A model generated the notes under the pieces. The model worked only from the letters and a program-made list of their open reading frames with translations, searched no databases and had not been told where the DNA came from. Of a DNA stretch of 64,000 bases, positions 40,553-55,434 are shown piece after piece (the first letter of the stretch is position 1; the number at the start of each line of letters is the position of its first letter). The stretch covers positions 20,894,001-20,958,000 of the forward strand of contig NC_045138.2 in NCBI RefSeq assembly GCF_008831285.2, given 5' to 3'. A program made the position numbers and the translations under genes. This DNA comes from Nymphaea colorata. Lineage: Eukaryota.

Positions 40553-41185
40553 CCAAAAGAATGTATATACGTCCATGCCCACAAATCATGGTAAGTAATG
40601 AATTGTTGTGGGAAGTAGCAAACTCATTTTCTAGATTGACTGTGGGGTCTCTCCTCTTTGTTCCCTTCTTCATTAAGCACTTGAAAATGATGTCATAGTT
40701 TGCCCTTTCCGGTGCAAACCTGCAGGGAGGGGGCTCCTTCCTTACCTTTGAAAACAGAGACTCAAGAACAGAAATAAAGAAGCGATAAAACAGAGGACAT
40801 TAGTTCAATACACTAACATGGCCGTGATGTCCTTGTATATCATTCCATTCCGAAGTTCAACAGTTAGTTCCGGCAGCATGATCCAGAGCCTCACCAGATT
40901 ACTTTCAAAGGCATATCTATTTCAATCTATTCCAACAAGAGTCTGCCAACCTTCCATCTCCCCTGGCCTAATATTAGTTTATCGCCCAAACCATACAAAC
41001 AGAATCATAACCTTTCTAAATTCGCCAATAGATGGTTTATAAGGATTTAAAATTAATACGTAAATCAGGTTCTATAAGGCTTTAAAAATTGACTCAGAAA
41101 ACTCAATCTAGACATCATACTCGCTCCATCTCTTCTCTTCCTACCTTTTTGTGTTCTCAGTTCATCTTCTGTTGTTATGTTTCAG

Positions 41186-41320
41186 AGAATGACAAAACTT
41201 GGTATACAGCACCCTAGTAGGTGACCTATATGTCGTTGCAGTGGAGAAGACCTACTTCACCTCTTCTTCCATTGTAAATTTTTTGCTGACACATGGAGTA
41301 TGATTGTGGAGAAATTCAAA
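41186..41320 (+). mobile_element. LINE (non-LTR) remnant, zf-RVT-like domain
   Basis: Translates as RMTKLGIQHPSR*PICRCSGEDLLHLFFHCKFFADTWSMIVEKF, matching the CxxC...E..HLFFxC..W zinc-binding motif of plant LINE ORF2, with TGA where the first Cys is expected. Confidence 0.7.
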
Positions 41321-44300
41321 GAGAGCAAAGCTCCCGCATGCTAACATTATCTAAGAATTCTAGAAGTGGTTCTCAACTTCTTTTAGGAAAGGATGGCTTT
41401 CAAAGAGTTGCAGGGCTGTTCCCCCAGAAGTCTTCTGAAAAATACAAGTGTGAAGGAATGCTGTGACCAGCGATAAACTCTACAGTCCACTGCAGTATGT
41501 GCTGGCTTGCACTGAGACTATCCTTGCAATTGATTGGAAGGATCAAGCTGAGGAAGTAGGTACTCGAATAAGATTGGGAATCATATCGTCTGCATAACTC
41601 CCACCCTACAACCGCGGCCCTACCATCAATATGCTCAACTTCTGCTTTAAAGATCGGGTGAGAATCGGTGTCTCCTTCAATCACCAGGTTTTTTTGCAAT
41701 GAGGAAGATAACCTGATGCCTGAAATGAGGATCCTTAAAGACATTATCCGGAGGACAGATAATCGTGGCCATTGTCGCTCGGAGCAATAACAAGGGCTGG
41801 AAGAACTTAGAGCGAGCAATTGAAGGCAGAAGCAATGTTTTAAACCATTTTCATAGGATAGGCCTCGGGCACTCACGATGTATCTCTGCTGGAATTTTGT
41901 CCCTTGGCTTGTTTACGCTGATCTTGGTTGGCACTTCCTGCATTTCTGAAGTGTCGATGCTAGTTTGCTCTTTTGATTCTTTTGTATGTCTTTTGTGCAG
42001 CTCTACTTCAATAACGAAGGAAGGCTTAACCTTCCCGCAGATTAGCATCAAAACTTTCATATCGGATGAACTCATGAACACCAAAACACAAAGTTGCTAT
42101 CACACACACAGCTGCATCTGAATGAGAAGGCATTCTCGATCTTAACATGGCAAACGAGCACATAATTAGCGCATAGGCTAACGATTAACAATTGAACTCA
42201 TAGTTCCTTTCCAATATCATGATAACGCATGATCCTACAGACACTTCCACATCTCCCCAACAATATGAGCATCACACATTTACAACAATACTTTCTTCAG
42301 CCACATAGAAACAAGCTTCATAATATTAGAGATTTTTTTTATCGCTTCCCATGATCCATGCAGATCATAAGTCCTAGCCATTTATCTTCCCTGCATAACA
42401 TTTGCAACACTGAGTCCATGAAAGTCACTGATCTTGATTGATAATAGAAAAAAAAAATAGAGAGAGAGAGATCTTAAAATATGACGGCCACCTATTTCAA
42501 CCATCCAATCATCCACATCACCAATTTATAAGGTAGAAAGGAAGATGTTGACTTTGGTAAAATTAACTCTCTCATAACTCAAACAGAATATCAGAAAAAA
42601 GTAACTCCATCAGTGTTTCTTTGTAAGCTGTTCAAAAATTGAAGAAAAAAAAATCAGTTTCCAAGTTTTTACTGTCACCTCCGACCAATTACAAGGTAGA
42701 CTTGTCGATGTTCAATTTGGTAGAAATAAGTATCGCATACTCTTATCTTCAAAAAGGACAAAATAAATAAAATGCACTCATAAATATCTGAAAAATATGC
42801 AGAATAGATACAAGTAATGTAAAAACACATTTCCTACTTATGCAACGAGTTATCTGTATCTGATATGCACATTTCTCATATAATTTATAAATGAATTTCA
42901 TTTATCATGTCCTTCTTGAATTATTAGAGAATGTCATACTTATATACCAAGATGAACATCTGCCACTCTTTACCTTTTAATTGGTTCAAGGGATATCGAA
43001 CTTGGAAACTATGAAGTCCTTTTGTGCAGTTTGAAACAGGCACTGCAACTTGTCAGATCATTTTGATCACTTCTGTTTCAGTTGACAACCTTTATGATGA
43101 TGGATGGTTGAAACGTAAATACATGCTCAAACTAATATACAACCACAGTCCAACTCTTCAACAAGTATCTCAAACTAACCATCCTTAAACCAAAATTTTA
43201 TTTGAATGATGCTCCAGTTCCAAGGGCTAGAATGACCCATTATTTGAAGAAAGAAGGCAAGAGGATGATCATCATGACGATGCAAAATTAAGTGTTATAT
43301 GCTGTGGACATTAAGATAATATTCAAGTGAAGATATAAGTTTTAATTTGTAACGGCATTTTCTTTTATATTCTTTGTCAACAAAGCAAGTTCGTTCATGA
43401 AATATACCAGGAATATAGAGGCAGATACAAGTAAAGCATGTCATGTACTTCCTACCTATTGTAGCAAGATCTGTGATAATCCCAAGTGGAAACATGTACA
43501 TAGCTAGAAAAGCTACTGTACTGAAACAAACAACTAAACCAACAACTCCAGCGAACAAGATTTGAGCTTTTTGTGGCCGAAGAAACCTAATTAAATAATT
43601 ATATTAAGTGCCAGTAGAACCGGTGGACCTCATAACAGCAAGACCTTTGGGTCCGATAGAACATAAGGACACGCTCAAACAAATGCAGACCTGACACCAA
43701 ACTTCTCTAGCAGTATCTGAGACCAAATGTCAATAAAATGAACTTTGAGTATTGCCAAATCTTTATTTTTTTATGCAACATTGTCTCCAATTGACCAAAT
43801 GTCAAGGAAATCCATAGAAAGAAATAAAAGGTGGTTCAATTTAGAATTGTAAGTACATCTACAAAAAATGTTTACAAGATAACATAACAATATCACTATC
43901 ATGGATGAAAAACTAAAGAGCACATCCGTCTTGAAAGAAATAAAAATGCCCAAAAACTAGCCATTGAAAATTAAAGAAAAGACTGCAAATTCAATACCAA
44001 TGGAAGCGTATGTAAAATAAAGATTTAGGACATTCAAAATTAACAGAAGATAAACGAGAATATTGCTAAATAGCAGAATGCTTGAGAACAAAATTTGCCG
44101 TTGACATGGTACAGAAAAGGTCAAAATTGAAGGACAGCAATGATGACCAAATATATTAAATAGAACAGAGATTCAATGATCGATGGCCTACCAAGTCATT
44201 AGACTAGGTTATCTAGAGGCATATTGTAGAATAAACGAAATGAGCAGGAAAGACAATTGAAGACAATTGAAACAATAAGCAGAGACAAGGAAATGCAACC

Positions 44301-44351
44301 AAAACAATAGAATTGAAAAGCACATCAGTTCAAAGTAAATTCCATTAAAGG

Positions 44352-44411
<60 letters not shown>

Positions 44412-45703
44412 AGACTAAGAATACCAAGTTGTATTTGTTCATCGTCTCTCTCAAGATCAATGGTATTACAAACAGCATGGTAGTTAGCTGTATTGCTAGC
44501 ATTACTCAAGCTACAAAGGCCTCGTACAAAGAAACTTTGAAATCAATAACATCCTGCTGTTACAAAAGATCAGAAGCCCTCTCTCTTTTCGAGTATGTGG
44601 AACCAACAGAGCTTGTTAGAGAAGGAACAGAAAAATGCCACTTAATGCTCCGGAGATCAAAAGTTAACCACCATCGAGAATTGAAGAAAGCAAACTCTGC
44701 TTTTTAAATCAAACAAGACTAAGTGTCAGTCATGAGCACAATGACGTTACCTCATTTATGGTGTCTCTCCAATTCTAAGATAACTTCGCTGAACAAAGAA
44801 GTGGGTGCTGAGAATATGTTTATTCTGTTAAAAACTTAAAATCATAGTTCTTCTGTATTCCTAGGAAAACCATTCAAGCAACTGTAGTCCATGCTCTCCA
44901 AAATCCAGAAGACATCCTTCTTTAAAGATATGCAAAATGAAGATCAAGGGATAAATTCAAACTAGCCTTTGGGGAACAGCTTCTTAAGTAAAAATACAGA
45001 ATGTGAAAAAAAATAAAAAGACAACAACAATTAACTAAGTCACAAAACCACAAAAAGGGACTCCTCTGTAGGAATAAAAAGGACAAGGCTAGGGACATGT
45101 AGGAACCTACAACTTTATTATTCTAATGCTTAAAGACAACCTACTTATTCTGCTGACTTAGAAGCACTAGCTTTCCTTGAGATGAGATGCTCCAATGTAG
45201 CACTTTTACACACACATTCTTGTTTTTAAGTATATAATTTTAAAAAGGAAAAACGTAGAAACAAGCTTTGCAGATAGATTCCTCACGACTAGATTACCAA
45301 AATCCGTTTTTACAGATGCAATCCCCTACGTCATTCGTCCTTTGCAATGTCAGCATGCAGAGAGTTCCAAAACTACCATATCTATTTTTGTTCAAGCACG
45401 AAAGCGACCCTTTGCAATGTCAATTTACAGAGACTGCAAAAACTACCACATCTATTTTCATTGAAGCACAAGATTGTGCAAAGGATCCAAAAACTACCAC
45501 ATCTATTTTTCTTCAAGCAGAGATCGGAAACATAGAATACTTAGCTCCAGCTATAGGCGAAACATGACACCGCAGATCCATCATTACCCTCACTAAAAGA
45601 TATATTATTTAGAAAGTGAAATGGATGCAGCACGTCAGAGGTCACGTGCATTGTTAATATCAAATGGGATAGACCTTTTAGGGGCACAGACACACACCCG
45701 CAG

Positions 45704-45753
<50 letters not shown>

Positions 45754-46647
45754 TTTTTATATATAAGTTCAGGCATCTGCGGGCGGGCGTGCACTGTGGT
45801 TTATACCCAACCACATCCAATTGTTGTTTTTGTGTTGCTTGTGCCTCGTGGAATGGTAAAGGGCTTTTGACATAAGAAGGCACCGCCACTTGACATTTCC
45901 TGTCAACTTCAAAGGACCCTAAGACTGACTCAGATGACAGCTTAAGGTGGTTTAGACAAACAGATGTATCTGCGAAACCGAGAATATGGAAAGTTCTGTT
46001 CGTGTAAGCTTGAACTCTCAATGACAGTCCCGTTCCTGTTACATGCACACCAGCTCCGTGCATTGCGCTAGGCCTCAACTTGTGGCAAATAAATGATAAG
46101 AAACTGCTTAATCAATCCATTATAAGCCCACAGTATGTGGCAAATCAACGATTGCGACTTATATTCCACGTGCAACACCAACTGCACGATACAAAGGCCA
46201 TAAAGAGCACAATACAACGTGCAGATCTATAAGCATGCCGTCAGCATTGAAGCTTTGCCAAAGACTATCATGTCACAATTTGATTAGCACCTGTCTGACC
46301 AACTGGTTGTCTACTTGAGAAAAAAAAAACAAGGAACCAAGACAAACCAAGAAAAGATTTATCAAAGGGACATGAAAGATACCAATTACAGAACATCAGG
46401 AAGTTCTGAAACAAGCTAGTTCAACAACCTCTCGGCAGATACAGCAGTTCCATATCATATCGTAACGCTAGAGTTTGAAATCAGTATGGAAAAGACCATA
46501 TCATTGCCGCTTTTTGTCCTATAGGAAGTCTTAACACGAAATATATCTTCTTTTCATTGCAAAATAAACAATAGAAGCAGCACAGCAGCTGACATAGTCT
46601 CAACACGCCTATAGGTAAACAAACACGGACTAACCTTGACAGTATCT

Positions 46648-48416
46648 CTATAACTCCACTTCCCTGTTGAAAATCCAACTAAATGGAACTTTTGAGGCCT
46701 TCTTGGCCCTTGCTTGAGCTCTTTCTTCTAACCTTCTGAACCTCGGTGCCAAGCCACAGACATAATCCTGGGCTTCTTGCGCCTTGCTAGAAATACCAGT
46801 TATCTTCTCCACGTTCCATCGCTTCACCAGGTGCTCCAGTATGTCCGCATAATCCTTTGCAGTGTAAACTTCCAACTTCTGAGCGACAGCAGAGAAATTA
46901 TCAAACAGTTTGTCGTCCTGTCCATCATACATAAGGTGGGCAGGCATTGATATCTTCTTCCTCATCATGTCAGCGAACGACAACATCGTGCCATCGGGAT
47001 CTAGCTCAAAAAGTTTCTCAATGATCTTAGTATAAGCAGTTTCGTGGCGCTTCTCATCAGCGGCGATTGTGCCACACAATTTGGCGAGTTTCAGATCCCC
47101 ATACTTCTTAGCATGTGCAGCAGTGTTGCCATGAGAAACGAAGGTTGCTCTCTCCTGGAAGGAGGTGTAAATGAATCCAAGATAGGGGTTGTTCTCAGTT
47201 CGGGGGTCCTGAAAGCAAAAATTTATGAATGATCACAACCATTTAAGTGGACAAGAAATAGCGACGCAGAAAATGCAGTGCAGATTCGAGTAAAACCCGA
47301 CAATTTCCAGAAGCATACCATTCCTGATCCAATCAGATACTGAATTGTCTTCTCTATCTGTCTCATGTCGACTCTTCCCGTGTAAGTGAGGTACTTGTTA
47401 AGAACATCACCATGTCTGTTTTCTTCGGCGGTCCATGTCCTCGTCCAAACTGCCCAGGAAGTGGGGCTTGCACCAGTCTCGTCCCGAACACCGTCCAGTG
47501 TATTGAGCATTGTCTGGTAAGTGGGCAGGGCTTCCTCTGTTATCATATCTCCGACCAAACAGATAAAGTAATCGTCGGGCATCTCCTTGGACCGCTCTTG
47601 CAATTCCTTGAGTTCATCGTAGCCAGCCTCCGTCGAGAAATCAGGCAAGAAGTCAGACGGCTGCCATGACTCCTCGACTGGCTTCAACAGGGAAGAAGGG
47701 TTTGTTCCGCCCATGACTCCAGGGACTTGAAGATCTCCATTTTCTCCGGCGGCATCGAATGGGCGACCTGCGAATGCACTTCTCGCGGGCTCAGATTCTT
47801 CCTCAGATTCTCGGCCTCCCTGAAATCCAGAGAAAACATCGCAATCAAGATCAAGTATGAAACGGACGATGACTGACAGTACTGTCGACCTATGGCAGAA
47901 ACATCAAAACTGTCAGATCTCAAGTCCTCTTGCAGTTTCAGAAGAACTATGAATCAAAACCGCATTCTTTAAGCGCATCCTCGAACAGAATGCAGAAACC
48001 GAAAAGGCAAACAATGTGTAGAACCATAAGTAAAATCAAAATGGCAAACATCAAGCTCCATCACAGAATCCCCCAAGAAAATACATTTTTCATCGGTCAC
48101 TCAAAAACACGACCTCCCAGAACAAAACCTCCAGGACCCACATCCATTGACATGGTAACAAAAGCATTTAGCTCAAACCCAGTTGGATTCCGACTCCCAT
48201 TAGCAAAGAAAACAAGAAAAAGATATCCGATAGGACCGAAGAAAAAAAAACAACAAGAAAACACGCAGGGGAGGGAACAAATAAGAAGAAAATGGCTCAC
48301 TTGGATTTCGGTGGAATGACCGCTGTCATCACAACCCTGCCTGACCGAGAGGTGCTGCAGGGAAGACCCACCTTGGCGAAGGAGGGTTGGGAGGTAAGAG
48401 CGAGCTTCAACGCCAT
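46648..48416 (-). CDS. SAD: Plastid stearoyl-[ACP] delta-9 desaturase (3 exons) with an apparent 1-bp deletion in exon 2
   Basis: Exons 48416-48301 (transit peptide [10 protein letters not shown]...), 47819-47319 and 47208-46648. Di-iron motifs WTAEENRH and AADEKRH, plus [12 protein letters not shown]. The frame breaks at 47690-47692 (exon 2 is 501 nt; 502 are needed). Confidence 0.93.
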
Positions 48417-51400
48417 GGCCGTTCAGTTAGAGAGAAAACAGACCGGTTCTTCAGAGAGAGAGAGAGAGGAATGGTGGAGAGTCAGCGAGGGAGGGATAGA
48501 GAGCTGCTGGTTGTGACAGGAGAAGAGAGAAAATGGGAACGGCCCGCGGGGAGACAGCCGAGGTCAGGGCTGGCCGTTCAGACGATTGCATGAACCGCTC
48601 GATTTCCCCATTCCCTCTTCTCCTCCTCTATTTATTTATGGACACAGAAGATTCGAGAAGCCTTCAAAGAGAGAGAGAGAAACTAAAATTTTCTCTAAAT
48701 TGCACTAAAGAAAATCTCTTGCCAAATTAAGACTGAATTAACAAACGAAGAAAGTTCTCTTCCTTACCTTTATCAAACTAATTAATTCATAATGCCTAAA
48801 ACTCATCTTCCTTCTTTTCTTCCCTCTTTATTTTCTTGACCTTCTCTTAGTTGCCAATATCAACTTGAGCTTTACAATAAAAACTGTCTTTTCAATCAAA
48901 CTGATTGCTCCTTGTAACATCACTACGGACTTGGTGTCCTTCGCGAGTCACATTTATTTAACTACAGAAGCTCGTGTCGGTCTTATCATCTGTTTCACCA
49001 TGTTCAAAACATGAAGCTTCAGACAGAAACGAAACAGATCACTGTTTTTTAGTATCTTTCTCACCTTCCACCTTTTTTACAAGTCAATGTGGAGCGTATT
49101 ACACTAAAATATAAAGTTTCATTCAAAAAGCGATCGAAATAATTAGCATTATTAAGTTGGTAGTGGCTGAAGATATTTAACAAGTCATAATTTGCTGTTC
49201 TACGATTAACAAAATGCAACCAATGTTAAGTTGGTAGAGATAGAACAGATCTAACTTCAATCTTAAAATATCTTCAATGAAATCGCCCCCATATGATCAG
49301 GTAAGTTCCCTGTCATCGATAAAACCAATAAGAAAGTTAATCTCCGGGAAGAGTGAACTGTCACTAAAAATGGAAAATATAATATATGAACAAATATTTG
49401 TAGAGAGAGGAGAGAGAAAAGGGGGTCATGCAGTTTGTCGTCCACTTGTTTGTTATCTGGATGCGGAGTTCGGGGGCTGCCTCTGCGGCTGCTCTCATTC
49501 CTCAAAGATTGAGCCCCGAAATCCCGAAAACAGGCGACGGTGAAATCCGCGTGCGCCCGTCAGTTGTGCTTGCTTTCCTTTTAGGGTTTGAATTTTCTAT
49601 TTTTTCCATCCGCATACTCCACCCACCCGGCCCTTTTTTATTTCATTTGTTCTCTCTCTCTCTCATGTGTCCTTTATATTTTACTTTATTTGTTTTTTTG
49701 GTGAGCTCTTTCTCTCACTAGTCAAAACCTCTGTCCCTTTATCGTATAACTCACGGTCTCCTCTTGCCCAAAAATATCTTCTGCCAACCAAATTGGTTAA
49801 ATAGCTGAATTGAATTTAAGATTTTCAGATGGATTGCATTTATTTTTTCCTTTAAAATATTTTTTTATTTAGATTTTCTGGGAGATGCTTTTATCATGTA
49901 GCTCACTGTTCTTTATGTTAATTCGTTTTCGATGAAGAAGCCAAAACAAGAAACTTCAACAAGACGAGCCAACAACTTGAGCTCGGCTCGAAACCCGCTT
50001 GTTTGAACTTCACTTGAATTTGAGTTAAAAATGAATTCTTGGGACAAATCAGACAACCTTGCTTTAGGCAGGCTCCGTTCATTAATTCGATTAAAAAGTG
50101 TGACATTATTATCGATTAACCAAGTCGAGTTAAGCCAAACTCGAAGTAACGAGCTCGAGCTCGAGCTAGAGCTGCGATTTCAAGCACTCGAGCCGAGTTT
50201 GAGTTGGCTCAACTCCACTTAAACTCTAGTTTTGAACAACACTACAACTAAACTTTTTGTTTTGAAATTGTGTACTTTGTTTTTTTAGGGAGTTGGCGTC
50301 GATAAACGATTAATCTTCATTTCGAATGTAAGGACATCAACTTTTTATGTTGTAAAAAGGAATCACCGATACAAAAATTGAAGCAAGCGTGGATGGCGCA
50401 CTCCTGAAAGCGAAGCTTCTGGCGGGCGACGCTAAAGGCATTCTGCTGGTAGGAAGGCCGCGACTGCTCGTCGCTTCTGGCTTTTCTTCTACGACTCACT
50501 TCTACAAGAAATTGGATGAGAACTTCAGCTCTCTGCAAAACAATGGTCACAGCTTGGTCTCCACTCATTTAAGCTTGTTTACCAATTCGTCATTTGATTT
50601 AATATTTTTCCTTGCTTTTAAGTTTGAAAAGAAAAACCTAGATTAAACGAACTTAATCAAATTTAATCAAATCGAGTTCATGTAGCTTAAACTCAGCTCG
50701 TTTATAAGCTCGAACCTGAGTCAAGCTTAACCAAGTCAAACTCAAATTAGCTCGAATCATTGTAAATCCCTAAGATCAGCTCGAATCTATCATCTAATTA
50801 AGTCGAGATCGGATGTTTTGAATCTGCTTATTCAAAATTGCATAAAAACTAATACTGGATTCGATGGAGACACAATGAACGTATTTTGTTAATCTTTTAC
50901 TTTTTATATTTCCAACTTTCTTCTTTTCACCTTCTCTGATTTTTTCACTTTGAAAGTGTAATTTCGATTTGATCCAACTCACAAACAATTTGTTTCGGAT
51001 TCAATTCAGTCAGTTGATTCGCCTAATGTCGAATTCACTTCAAAAGTCCATCTTAACATGATCATATGAAAAGCAAAAGAAACAGGGAAACTTGGTAGAG
51101 TTACTCGAATCTGGTTCGGTTTGATTTCAAGAAGAAAATATTAATAGAGAAGTGTAAACAATTCCAACCATTTTTTACGCGGTACCGGGCATTAAGGCAG
51201 TCTACATCAATGGTATCTAAGTTACAAATATTGTAGTCACTGTCATTGTCCAGTTCACTACTCTCATAAACCGTAGAAGGTCCTGAAACATGCTTTGTGA
51301 ATCTCAAAAGCAACGGACATAAGGAAAAGCTATGGTCTCTCTTCTAGGTGGGTGGTGTGGACCACTCACCCTAAAAAAAAAACAAAAAACAAAAAACTTA

Positions 51401-54393
51401 AATTCTATTTTTTAAGGCCCTAGTAGCCTCTTATGCCAGAGGCAAAAGAGAAGCCAGTGTCTCATTTAAGTGTCTTTTGTCTTCACCTGTCAAGTTCACT
51501 GTAGGACAGAATAACCAGTGGCAATGGCCCCCAACCCCTAAGGATCCATGTGTGATGTCAGAGAGAGAGAGAAGATGGTGCCCACATTGTAGGACCTTGA
51601 CAGAAAACAGGGAAAATCTGTGGATCATGTCCAAAGCTTATATGACTTGTGACCTAAGTGGTAGGTTCAAGTTTTAGCACCCACAATGTGGACAACCCTT
51701 TGAGAATCTAGGAACTCTCTTCTGTCAATGGGGCTATGTCTTTGCTGGCCAATGGCTGGATCTTGGTCCCATCTGGCCTTCTAACTATGGCTCTACTTGT
51801 TTGGTCCGTAGTTGTCGTCGCGTACCGAAACAACCTTATCTCAATGTACTTACATAGCAAGACAATATGCTGCCGGATCGGCCTACATCGGCCGATACAC
51901 GCCGCAACATTGGTTTGATCCATGGTGTCTTTCAAGACCACCCACTTCAAGGGGGACCTACTGTGATTCAAATCTGCCATGAAAGGAACAATATTGAGTT
52001 CAAAGCCTTCATCAGAGTCCAACTGACCTCATAATAGTAAACATCAGTTTGCTTGATTTTAGAGGCGACCATAGTTTGACACCTGACACTTCTGTACCTT
52101 GGAAGCTTTATGGGAATCATTTCTTAATGTTGAAGGAAACTGAATAAATGTGAAGGCCTCGAAATCTCCGCCAAGGTTGGGAGTCCACATAATAATAATA
52201 ATATATTGTCCTCACCAAACTTTTGCTTGTTCAGTTGAATATTCATCAAACCCGCATTTGGTAGCTTTGGATCTCATATCTGAGGTGATCTAAGATCTGC
52301 CCCGTTGGAAAACCCACTGTTTGAACAAACAGTGGATTTTAGATCCACAGTTGAATGTAAAAACTGTGGATGAGTCTATAGTCCTATGTGGGGAGATGAT
52401 AAATCCTTGGATTTTGGATATGGGTGTGTTTAATTATGCATTTGGTAGCTTTGGATCTCATGTGTCAGGTGATTTAAGATCTGCATTTTTGTGAAATCCA
52501 CTGTGTGGATAAACAGTGGATTTGAAACCCACAGCTAGAATGTAAAACCATGGATTTATGGTTCAATGTGGATGAGATGACAGGTTCACCAACTTCATCT
52601 CTCTGCAAATCGCCTTGAGTCTTCCTTGTGAGGCAATCAAACGCAATATAGTGTTTAGTTACCTCCATCTTAGATTCAATGGATCTTGTGCCCTTAGATG
52701 TTTGATTCATAACAACGATTTGAAATCTTGTGTTTGCAAAATGAAAGCATCATACCACAAATTTGTCAAAACATATGGATCTTAACTCTTAATATTAAGA
52801 TTTCTTTCCATTTCATTTGAAATCCGTGGATTTGAGATCTAATGGTGATTATAAGTCCGCGCTTCTTAAATCCAAAATTTAAAGAACAATTTTCTCCTGC
52901 GACAAAAAATACAGCCTAGGAACCATGTACTTCTTCGCCAACAAGTTTGGTACAACCAAAAGAAATCTTTCTAGTTTCTATCATTACAAGCAATGGGCCA
53001 ATGGCCATGACCATTTTGTTTAGGGTCACTTTCGTGTCTTCTCCCTATCATGTAACACCTAGCATGATTTTGTCTAGATGTAGAACCAGTAATTGTCTGC
53101 AATACAAAAATATTATGTTCTTTTAGTAATTATAAATGTGCTATATGTGTGTGTGTGTTTGCCTTTGAAACGACAAGTCTTTGTTCCATATTTGTTTTAA
53201 CCTTACTAGGAAAAAGTTAAGTAAGAACGTCAAAGGAACAAATTTATATCCAATATATTTTTGTTGTATACACTTTTTTGAATGTTCATATGTTTAGATG
53301 CGAATTCCAACTTGAATACAAACGAAAAAAAAAAATTATACTATATCTGCACAATCCAAATTCCAATTCACATTCTGAATTCAATTTGCATATGAGTTTA
53401 AGATTCATATCCTGAGTCCAAATCCGGCTCCTAAACTGAATCCAAACCGGATTACAATACATTAAGATGCAATTTTCAATGTTTACGAACATTGGAATAG
53501 GATATTTATTTGAAACTAAATCGGATCGGAAGCTCAATCCAATTGAATATGTACTTAAATCTAAATCTGAATCACATGAATGCCATTTTTTAAATCCAAA
53601 CCTAGTCCAATCCTTGAATCGGATATATATAATTTTTTTTGCTATATCCAAGATTCAATTTAAATTGGATTCATTGACATCTCTAGGTGTTACCATAAAC
53701 AAGCAGGGTCAATGGAAAGTAGAAAGGACTAAGTTCTTCTTCTTCATGCCATTGCGCATCTCACATGCATTCAAGAAAAAACACGCCCTGAATCAAACCG
53801 ATCGTTTACATTCGAGCCTAATTGACGAGCTACGTTATGCACCTCGAGGCTTGTTTAAATATAAAATTATTAGTAATAAAATATTATTTTTTCCTTTTAA
53901 GCAACCAACCTTTTCTTATATTCGAGTTTACCTCATTTAGAATAAGGTAAAGGCCTGGCCCCGAATGAAGGGTGGAGTAGGTAAGAGGACAAAGACTTAA
54001 ATTGTTGCTGCATGAGACGCATGGAAAAGGGAAGAAGAAAAGACTGCGTCAGCCGTGGGATTCGTTCCTCCGACGTTTTAAAATAACAAGGACGACATTT
54101 ATACCAAACTCCGTCCGTCTTTTTTATTACACGTGAAAACCTTCCATCTCACACTCCCTGAGGATTGGGTGATAGATTCGCAACTGTCCTTTGCAGCCCC
54201 AAGACCCATATTCTTTGCTCTAATATTTTTTTATTTTTAGGTTAGATTTGACGCGTCATATTAAAAAATTAATAACATTTTCTGATTTTTATTTTAAAAT
54301 TCATTTCACACTTCGAAGACATGACTAATACGCTGGTGTACATGTGTGGCATAATCATTTTACAAAGAATTACTAACACCAAAGTTATAATTA

Positions 54394-54461
<68 letters not shown>

Positions 54462-55434
54462 ATACCCAAAAATTTGATTTCTTAATCAGGTGTAGGCATT
54501 TTACCTTTAAAACCAGGTTTTTGGAGTGTTTGGGAGCTATCAAAGCTGGGTTTGAAGAAATCCTGATTTTGTAAAAGGGAGTGAAAAACCTGGTCTTCTT
54601 TAGGTTATTTGAAAACCAGATTTTGAATGTAAACTCATTAAAAAAATTTGGTTTTGATAAAGCACAAATTTTACAAAACTTGAGTTAGCGAAGGCTGTCA
54701 TCCGAACGCGCCCTCTTATGTAAGCTAAATTCCAATGTTTACAAAACTTGCTTTTTGAAGGAGAGCTAATAACTAGATATCCAGGTTATTCATAAAAAAA
54801 CTGTATGTTGAGGGTGTCGATGAAACACAAAAATCTTTTTAAAAAACTTATTAAAAAGTTTAATTTTCAAAAACTGTGTTTTTATGGGTTTCATTCAAAT
54901 GCTCCTAAGAACCTTGATAACCTACCTTTCCTCATTCCTAATTTCAAATTAAAACACATTTTTTGTGAAAGAAATAAAAGAGAGAACAAGAGAGAAGCCA
55001 TGACCATCGAAATTATTACTAGTTATGAAACAAGTTCGCGTTTATCATACATATGTTTTTAGAGTGCATGTATCATACTTACGATGTTAGAATATATATA
55101 ATACCACTTATGACAACATCAAACCAAACTATTGGCACAAAAGTTAGGTACTAATTTTCCACAATCTTAATAAAGTCTCACTCTTATCAAATTACATGTG
55201 ATGAGAGAAATAAAATAGACAAAAAAGTAAAATGTCAAATTATTGAAATTAAAAACTACTGCTTATTAAAGCATCTGATTAAATGAATAGGTGACCAAAA
55301 TAATTTGATCAATGTGAATTACAAAGTTTATTTAGCGAACGGCAAGTGTCAAATCTCATCATTTATTTAATCTGTAAGAGAATAAGGGCATAATGAAATC
55401 AATGTCACACAATTACTCAAATTAATCGTAATTA

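Noticed and set aside
40388..40698. YIYIYI-rich ORFs here and elsewhere
   Set aside because: Translations of (AT)n microsatellites.
49390..50646. GC-richer islands and an 85-aa ORF divergent from SAD
   Set aside because: No recognisable homology or consistent exon chain; embedded among MITE-like GAGCTCGAG repeats.
51708..52022. 104-aa minus-strand ORF
   Set aside because: No ATG start and no recognisable motif; probably decayed repeat sequence.
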